A program made the translations under genes and the position numbers. The notes beneath the pieces were generated by a model. It saw nothing but the letters and a program-made list of their open reading frames with translations, ran no database searches and was not told where the DNA came from. 64,000 nucleotides of DNA, from the IMG/VR virus record IMGVR_UViG_3300034118_000426. One strand, given 5' to 3'. Positions 58,650 to 64,000 of the stretch are shown here, in pieces (the stretch's first letter is position 1; each line of letters opens with the position of its first letter). This DNA comes from an uncultured virus (IMG/VR IMGVR_UViG_3300034118_000426) (Duplodnaviria > Heunggongvirae > Uroviricota > Caudoviricetes).

Positions 58650-60767
58650 ATGGCAAATAGATACCCATTAATTGCCAACGCTGTTACAAGACAATTAGAA
58701 GAAGTTAAAACAGGTGATAGTTTAAATCTCGCACAAACTGGAATTTTTGATGGAACCAGTACAGGATTGGCTGGTTATGTTCTAACTTCAACTGGTTCAA
58801 CTGTATCATGGCAGGCACCATTATCAACGGAACAAGTCCAAGATATTATTGGTGACATGGTTTCTGTAAACACAGAAACTAATATATCAGTAACTTATGA
58901 TGACGCAAATGGAAAACTAAATTTTTCTGTTCCAACAGCAACAACAACAATCGCTGGAGCAGTAAAACCAGATGGTTCAACGCTAAGTATAGCACCTGAT
59001 GGAACTCTCACCGTAATTGGTGGTGGCGGAAGTAATGTAACAAACTTAGATAGTCTAACTGATGTTCAAATCGGTGGTGTAATCACTGGTCAAACTCTAC
59101 GTTACAATGGCACACAGTTTGTAAACGCAAGCTTATCGTATAATGATTTATCAAACAGACCAGCACTTGCTACAGTAGCGACATCTAGTTCTTACAATGA
59201 CCTGACATTCAAACCTTTCATTCCATCTCTCATCAATGATCTCGCTGATGTGGATGGCACACCTTCAGTTGGTCAAGTTCTAAAATGGAATGGTACTGTA
59301 TGGGCACCAGCAGCTGATTTAACTGGTGGTGGAGGTGGTGGTGGTATCACACTAACAGACCTTTCGGTAACTACAAACGCAGCGGTTGGTGGTGGTTCAT
59401 TGTCATATGATAATAATAATGGCACATTCACGTTCACCCCACCAAATCTTTCTGTTTATTTGACAAGTGAAACAAATGCTGATTGGAATGCTACAACTGG
59501 TGTTGCTCAAATTTTAAACAAACCCACACTATCTGCTGTAGCAACATCTGGTTCATACAATGATCTCTCAAATACACCAACAATTCCAGCAGCACAAGTT
59601 CCATCTGATTGGTCAGCAACGACAGGTGTTACACGCATCTTAAATAAACCAACTCTTGCTACTGTAGCAACATCTGGTTCATACAATGATTTAACGAATA
59701 GACCAAGTTTAGCAACCGTAGCAACCAGCGGTGAATACGCTGATTTGGCAAACAGACCAAGCCTAGCATCCGTTGCTATCTCAGCATCATACAATGACCT
59801 TGTAGATCAACCAGTTATCCCAGCAGCACAAGTTCCTTCTGATTGGAATGCTAATACTGGTGTGTCGAGAATCTTAAACAGACCATCACTATCAACCGTT
59901 GCCACAACAGGAGATTATTTTGATTTAGCAAATCGCCCAACACTATCCACTGTATCAGCAACTGGTTCATATAACGACTTATTGAATAGACCAACACTAT
60001 CAACTGTTGCTATCACTGGTTCTTATAATGATCTGACAAATAGACCAACATTAGTTACTGCCCTCAGTGCTCTAACAGATGTAACAATAACATCACCAAT
60101 ATCTAATCAAACCATTCGTTACAATGGAATTCGCTGGGTAAACGTCACCGATAACTTTATTGGAAGAGATGGAGTATCTGTATCAACTGCAACTGCTTCT
60201 GGTGGCGGCAGTTTATCATACAACAGTACAAATGGTGTATTTACCTTTACACCACCCAACTTAAGTAGTTATCTGACTGGTATTGGTTCATTATCAATTG
60301 ACGCTCTGAGTGATGTACAAATTGGCACACCACAAGTTGGACAAACACTAAAATGGAATGGAACTAACTGGTCTCCAGCTGATTCTGCTGGCGGAAGATC
60401 AACAGTATTTGCCAGCACTTCTTCAATAGTAAACGGAGCATCTGAAAACATTACAATTGTCGGATTTAAGTCTTATGCTTTACTGAAGATTCAAACTTCA
60501 GAAGCAGCATGGGTAACATTATATTCCGATACTGGCAGTAGATTATCCGATGCTTCACGTTCAGAAAATACAGATCCAGCACCAGGAGCAGGTGTAATCG
60601 CTGAAGTTATTCACACGGCAGCTCAAACAACAATCATAACTCCTGGCACAATTGGGTGGAATAATGACACAATACCATCCACGAATATCTACGCTAAAGT
60701 TGTCAATAAAAGTGGTTCAACCACAGCAATTACAGTAACGTTAACAGTTCTACAATTAGAAACCTAA
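58650..60767 (+). CDS. repeat-rich tail fibre/virion structural protein
   Basis: LATVATSGSYNDLxNRP repeats, L.DV...GQ.L.WNG repeats, and late promoters. Confidence 0.8.
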   Translation: MANRYPLIANAVTRQLEEVKTGDSLNLAQTGIFDGTSTGLAGYVLTSTGSTVSWQAPLSTEQVQDIIGDMVSVNTETNISVTYDDANGKLNFSVPTATTTIAGAVKPDGSTLSIAPDGTLTVIGGGGSNVTNLDSLTDVQIGGVITGQTLRYNGTQFVNASLSYNDLSNRPALATVATSSSYNDLTFKPFIPSLINDLADVDGTPSVGQVLKWNGTVWAPAADLTGGGGGGGITLTDLSVTTNAAVGGGSLSYDNNNGTFTFTPPNLSVYLTSETNADWNATTGVAQILNKPTLSAVATSGSYNDLSNTPTIPAAQVPSDWSATTGVTRILNKPTLATVATSGSYNDLTNRPSLATVATSGEYADLANRPSLASVAISASYNDLVDQPVIPAAQVPSDWNANTGVSRILNRPSLSTVATTGDYFDLANRPTLSTVSATGSYNDLLNRPTLSTVAITGSYNDLTNRPTLVTALSALTDVTITSPISNQTIRYNGIRWVNVTDNFIGRDGVSVSTATASGGGSLSYNSTNGVFTFTPPNLSSYLTGIGSLSIDALSDVQIGTPQVGQTLKWNGTNWSPADSAGGRSTVFASTSSIVNGASENITIVGFKSYALLKIQTSEAAWVTLYSDTGSRLSDASRSENTDPAPGAGVIAEVIHTAAQTTIITPGTIGWNNDTIPSTNIYAKVVNKSGSTTAITVTLTVLQLET
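59130..60050 (+). repeat. 18-aa (54-bp) degenerate repeat array, about 8 copies, with three DW.A.TGV..ILN.P units
   Basis: Visible in the translation and in the DNA (gcaacatctggttcatacaatgat occurs twice). Confidence 0.85.
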
Positions 60768-60768
60768 T

Positions 60769-63039
60769 ATGAACTTAGAAGATATTCTCTTAGAAAGAGG
60801 GTCACGAGAGTCAAATTTAAACACAAATACTATTTCTTGTCACACAAAAGAACAAGATGATAGTGATGCGTTAAGAGAATATGTTGTAACTCTACACAAC
60901 TTTGATGACTTAGATAACTTTTATGATGAGATGAGAGATGCTACTGGCAACGATTATGTTCCTGATAGATCAGTAGAAAGAACAAACAAAAGACCCTTGA
61001 GTAGAAATACACACTATCTACTGACTAAAGAAGAAGCAGAAAAATTAAAAGAAGATCCCAGGGTATGGGATGTGGATCTTACGATGGAAGAAAAGGGAGT
61101 TGTAGCAGTTCCCCTTGGATCAACATTCATAAACAATGGAGTGTTCGCAAGAAAGTCTGCTGGGTTTTCAAACACTGATTTGAACTGGGGGTTATTAGCA
61201 CACTCAAATCCAGGAGCAGTTTTGGATTTAGATGACGCAGGAACTGATTTTTTAAATAGTTTAGGCGAAGCAAGGTATTCTACTTGGGGTAGTGATAGAA
61301 CTGGAAACGCAACAGCTTCAACAACGATACCTTTCAATGGAGAGAACGTTGACGTGGTTATTGTTGATGATGAAATTCCTATCAATCATCCTGAGTTCGC
61401 AGTAAATTCTGATGGCACTGGTGGCAGTAGAGTTAATCAAATTAACTGGTGGAGTTTATACAGAAATGCTGTTCAGAATATTGATAACGATGTAGTAGAC
61501 GCATCCGTTCCAACAACATATAATTATGGAGACTATGGAGATCACGGAACACACGTAGCTGGAACTTGTGTTGGCAATAGATTGGGGTGGGCAAGAAAAG
61601 CAAACATTTATAATCTGTACGCTTACAGCACAACAAAGGTTCCTCCATCATTAATGTATGATCTGCTAAGAGCATTTCATTTAAACAAACCAATTAATCC
61701 AGCAACTGGAAGAAGAAATCCAACCATAACCAACCACAGTTATGGTTATGTTACACTACTTCCCATCACTCAAATAACGCAAGTTAGATATAGAGGATCA
61801 AATATAAACGTTTCTTTTACAAATACTCAATCAGATTTAAATATCCTAAGAGGAACGTATGGTCTTTGGGGAGGATTATATACCACCTTCATATATAATA
61901 ACTACCCAACACAATCATCACAATGGTGTGTTTGGTTGCCAATTAGAGGTGGAATATCGCATCAAGCAGATATTGAAGATGCGATATCAAATGGTATTGT
62001 TTTTGTATCCGCTGCTGGAAATTACGGTGATACCAGTGTGAGTTCTACGCACCCAGATTATAATAATTCGTTAGTTTATAATTACCAAAGTCAAAACAGC
62101 ACCCAAGTCTATACTGGATTTATAGATTTTTATAAGAGAGGAACAGATCCCGCTGCTGTTCCAGCAGGAATAACCGTAGGAAATATAGATTCAGTTGCTG
62201 CCCTAAAAATGAGCACAACATCACCAGATTCCGAACAAGTGTGGGTAGAATTCAAAGCAAACTCTTCATCCCATGGCAACACATGTGATGTGTGGGCAGC
62301 AGGAACAAATATTCTGTCTTCAGTATACACATCACAAACACTGAAAGATCCAAGAAACAATTCGTTCTCTTTGAATGTGTTGAGTGGGACAAGCATGGCA
62401 TCACCACAAGTAGCTGGTATGATTGCTTGTCTGGCAGAAAGATATCCAAGATTTAAACAATCAGACTTTCTAAATTTATTAAGATACTATGGTTATACAG
62501 GACCAAATTATAATTATTCAAGAACGTTTCCTGGTTTCTATCACAAACATTATGTTACAAATACAGGGTCAACTTCGTATGAATTTACATCAAACGCAGA
62601 TAGATTGTTTGGGAGAAATGGATCCAATCAAAACTTTGATGTGAGAGTTGGTGAGATCATGGAGTTTTCGGTAAACACTCCTGGTCAACCATTTTGGATT
62701 AAAACATTACAAATTATTGGAACTGGTAACGTAGTGACAACTGGCATTACAAATAATGGAGCAACATCAGGCAGTATCATTTGGGACACCACTAACGTTG
62801 CTCCTGGAACTTATTATTATATTTCACAAAACTCTTCTATCATGACAGGAACTATCACCCTAAGATATTCTCAGATTGATAGATCTTACACTGCGGTTGA
62901 TGCTAGAACTCAACCATATGTTTTATTCCCAAAAACACTAAGAAAAACTACAGGTTACGTTACTCCAGATGCTACGGCAACACCAAGACCTTCATCTGGG
63001 TTGACATTTCCACGAAGAATAATTTATCAATCAAAATAA
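60769..63039 (+). CDS. S8 subtilisin-like serine peptidase with propeptide and a C-terminal cupredoxin-like domain
   Basis: VDVVIVDD, HGTHVAG, SAAGN, SGTSMASPQVAG (catalytic D/H/S and oxyanion N). Confidence 0.9.
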   Translation: MNLEDILLERGSRESNLNTNTISCHTKEQDDSDALREYVVTLHNFDDLDNFYDEMRDATGNDYVPDRSVERTNKRPLSRNTHYLLTKEEAEKLKEDPRVWDVDLTMEEKGVVAVPLGSTFINNGVFARKSAGFSNTDLNWGLLAHSNPGAVLDLDDAGTDFLNSLGEARYSTWGSDRTGNATASTTIPFNGENVDVVIVDDEIPINHPEFAVNSDGTGGSRVNQINWWSLYRNAVQNIDNDVVDASVPTTYNYGDYGDHGTHVAGTCVGNRLGWARKANIYNLYAYSTTKVPPSLMYDLLRAFHLNKPINPATGRRNPTITNHSYGYVTLLPITQITQVRYRGSNINVSFTNTQSDLNILRGTYGLWGGLYTTFIYNNYPTQSSQWCVWLPIRGGISHQADIEDAISNGIVFVSAAGNYGDTSVSSTHPDYNNSLVYNYQSQNSTQVYTGFIDFYKRGTDPAAVPAGITVGNIDSVAALKMSTTSPDSEQVWVEFKANSSSHGNTCDVWAAGTNILSSVYTSQTLKDPRNNSFSLNVLSGTSMASPQVAGMIACLAERYPRFKQSDFLNLLRYYGYTGPNYNYSRTFPGFYHKHYVTNTGSTSYEFTSNADRLFGRNGSNQNFDVRVGEIMEFSVNTPGQPFWIKTLQIIGTGNVVTTGITNNGATSGSIIWDTTNVAPGTYYYISQNSSIMTGTITLRYSQIDRSYTAVDARTQPYVLFPKTLRKTTGYVTPDATATPRPSSGLTFPRRIIYQSK

Positions 63040-63042
63040 TAA

Positions 63043-63648
63043 TTAGTTGAATGATATATTAAAAGATATTGCGATTTTTTCTTCTTCCGATCCTCTTCTA
63101 GGATTTCCATGTAATAAATCACTATTCCAAATCAATAATGTTCCAGGAAAACATTTATAAGTTGTCTGTGAACAAGAAATTCTAGTGGGACTATTTGCTT
63201 TATAAATATTGCTAATCAATTTTTGTGTATTGTAAAATATTATAGAATCTTCTTGACTTGTTTTTACATAAAAAACTCCAGATAACATAGATCCTGAATG
63301 TGTGTGTGGAAATAGGAAACTTTCTTTTTCACATACATTACACCACATATCAATACTTAATTTTGTATCATCATTGATATTATATCCTTGAGCACCAAGC
63401 ATTATTAAAGAATAATGGTTTATATATTCTCCCAAAGAATCAAATGGATATGTATTTAATTTTTTAAATGAAGTATGAGTTGAATCAACGTAGAGAATAT
63501 TGTTTTTAAATGAATATTCTTCAACTTCTTTTTTACAAGATGTTTCCAAATCTGCCAAAAGATGATTACAGCAATCATCAACTATCAATATTGGACAAGG
63601 AAACAACTCATCTATGACATAATTTTGATTAACATATGAGTCTGACAT
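63043..63648 (-). CDS. putative 2OG-Fe(II) oxygenase (TIGR02466-like)
   Basis: W.N.......PHTH.GS.LSGVFY...GTLLIW.S.L.HG......KIAISFN. Confidence 0.82.
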   Translation of the reverse strand: MSDSYVNQNYVIDELFPCPILIVDDCCNHLLADLETSCKKEVEEYSFKNNILYVDSTHTSFKKLNTYPFDSLGEYINHYSLIMLGAQGYNINDDTKLSIDMWCNVCEKESFLFPHTHSGSMLSGVFYVKTSQEDSIIFYNTQKLISNIYKANSPTRISCSQTTYKCFPGTLLIWNSDLLHGNPRRGSEEEKIAISFNISFN

Positions 63649-63649
63649 T

Positions 63650-63681
63650 AAAAAAAAGATGTAAGCAATTGCTTACATCTT
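63650..63681 (-). terminator. terminator of the hli cluster (26-bp perfect palindrome plus T run)
   Basis: AAGATGTAAGC-AATT-GCTTACATCTT followed by TTTTTT. Confidence 0.75.
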
Positions 63682-63705
63682 ATCAAAGATATTTTATTTT
63701 GTCAA
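63677..63705 (-). promoter_or_regulatory. sigma70-type promoter overlapping the palindrome
   Basis: TTGACA-17 nt-TAAGAT, with an extended TG. Confidence 0.7.
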
Positions 63706-63709
63706 GTTA

Positions 63710-63829
63710 TCACCAAATGCCAGGAATAATCTGACCAGTAGTAGCGTATGTTCCAACAGCAATGACGAAACCGAGCATTGCCAGACGAGCGTTGAGGATC
63801 TCTGCCTCAGGGGTGAATCCGAATTTCAT
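63710..63829 (-). CDS. hli: high-light-inducible protein, 39 aa
   Basis: Hand-translated MKFGFTPEAEILNARLAMLGFVIAVGTYATTGQIIPGIW (ExxNxRxAMxG and TGQIIPG). AGGAG RBS. Confidence 0.95.
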   Translation of the reverse strand: MKFGFTPEAEILNARLAMLGFVIAVGTYATTGQIIPGIW

Positions 63830-63840
63830 AGTAGTTCTCC

Positions 63841-63927
63841 TTAATAAGTTTCAGCGAGTTGTTCTACAGCATAGCACAGGGTTACGAAAAAAGCAACCGC
63901 AGTAAAAGTAAAGATTACTTCAGTCAT
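63841..63927 (-). CDS. 28-aa single-TM peptide between hli genes
   Basis: MTEVIFTFTAVAFFVTLCYAVEQLAETY. GGAG RBS and TGATG coupling. Confidence 0.7.
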   Translation of the reverse strand: MTEVIFTFTAVAFFVTLCYAVEQLAETY

Positions 63928-64000
63928 CAGAAGACTCCGAAGAAGAGTTTACCAGTGAGAGCATAAGAAATAGCACCAGCAATAATACCGACCATTGCCC
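63927..64000 (-). CDS. hli: high-light-inducible protein, 3' part (truncated by the window)
   Basis: ...AMVGIIAGAISYALTGKLFFGVF-stop. Confidence 0.85.
   Translation of the reverse strand, partial: AMVGIIAGAISYALTGKLFFGVF

Noticed and set aside
59130..60050. Repeat array as a possible CRISPR or DGR template/variable repeat
   Set aside because: The repeats are in-frame, degenerate protein repeats with no spacers. No cas or reverse transcriptase gene is seen in the window.

Overview
This is a 64 kb segment of a T4-like cyanobacterial myovirus (Kyanoviridae-type cyanophage). The identification rests on T4 core genes (gp5, gp26, gp51, gp54, gp4, gp2, gp48, gp53, gp32, gp33, rnh), on cyanophage host-derived genes (psbA, hli, cpeT, cp12, phoH, speD, thyX), and on the mix of sigma70-type early and (A)TAAATA late promoters. 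Layout from left to right: 1-8.4 kb, tightly overlapping small early ORFs, an EndoVII-type endonuclease fusion and two 2OG-Fe(II) oxygenases; 8.4-29.6 kb, a tail-fibre module with a chaperone, three collar-domain fibres and a 3750-aa giant fibre; 29.6-30.9 kb, cpeT and three tRNAs; 31-48.4 kb, baseplate, tail and head-completion genes, including three peptidoglycan-hydrolase-like domains and cp12; 48.4-57.3 kb, replication and metabolic genes; then psbA, a divergent fibre plus subtilase pair, and the end of an hli cluster. The most notable observation is in the giant fibre. It contains four phycobiliprotein-beta-like (globin-type) domains nested inside each other. Each keeps C-x-R-D (Cys84-type bilin site) plus the Asp39- and Cys155-equivalent residues. 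The next protein gene upstream is the T-type bilin lyase cpeT, whose family attaches bilins to beta-Cys155-type sites. I infer a possible bilin-chromophorylated, perhaps light-responsive, virion fibre. All homology calls are by-eye motif recognition; no searches were run.
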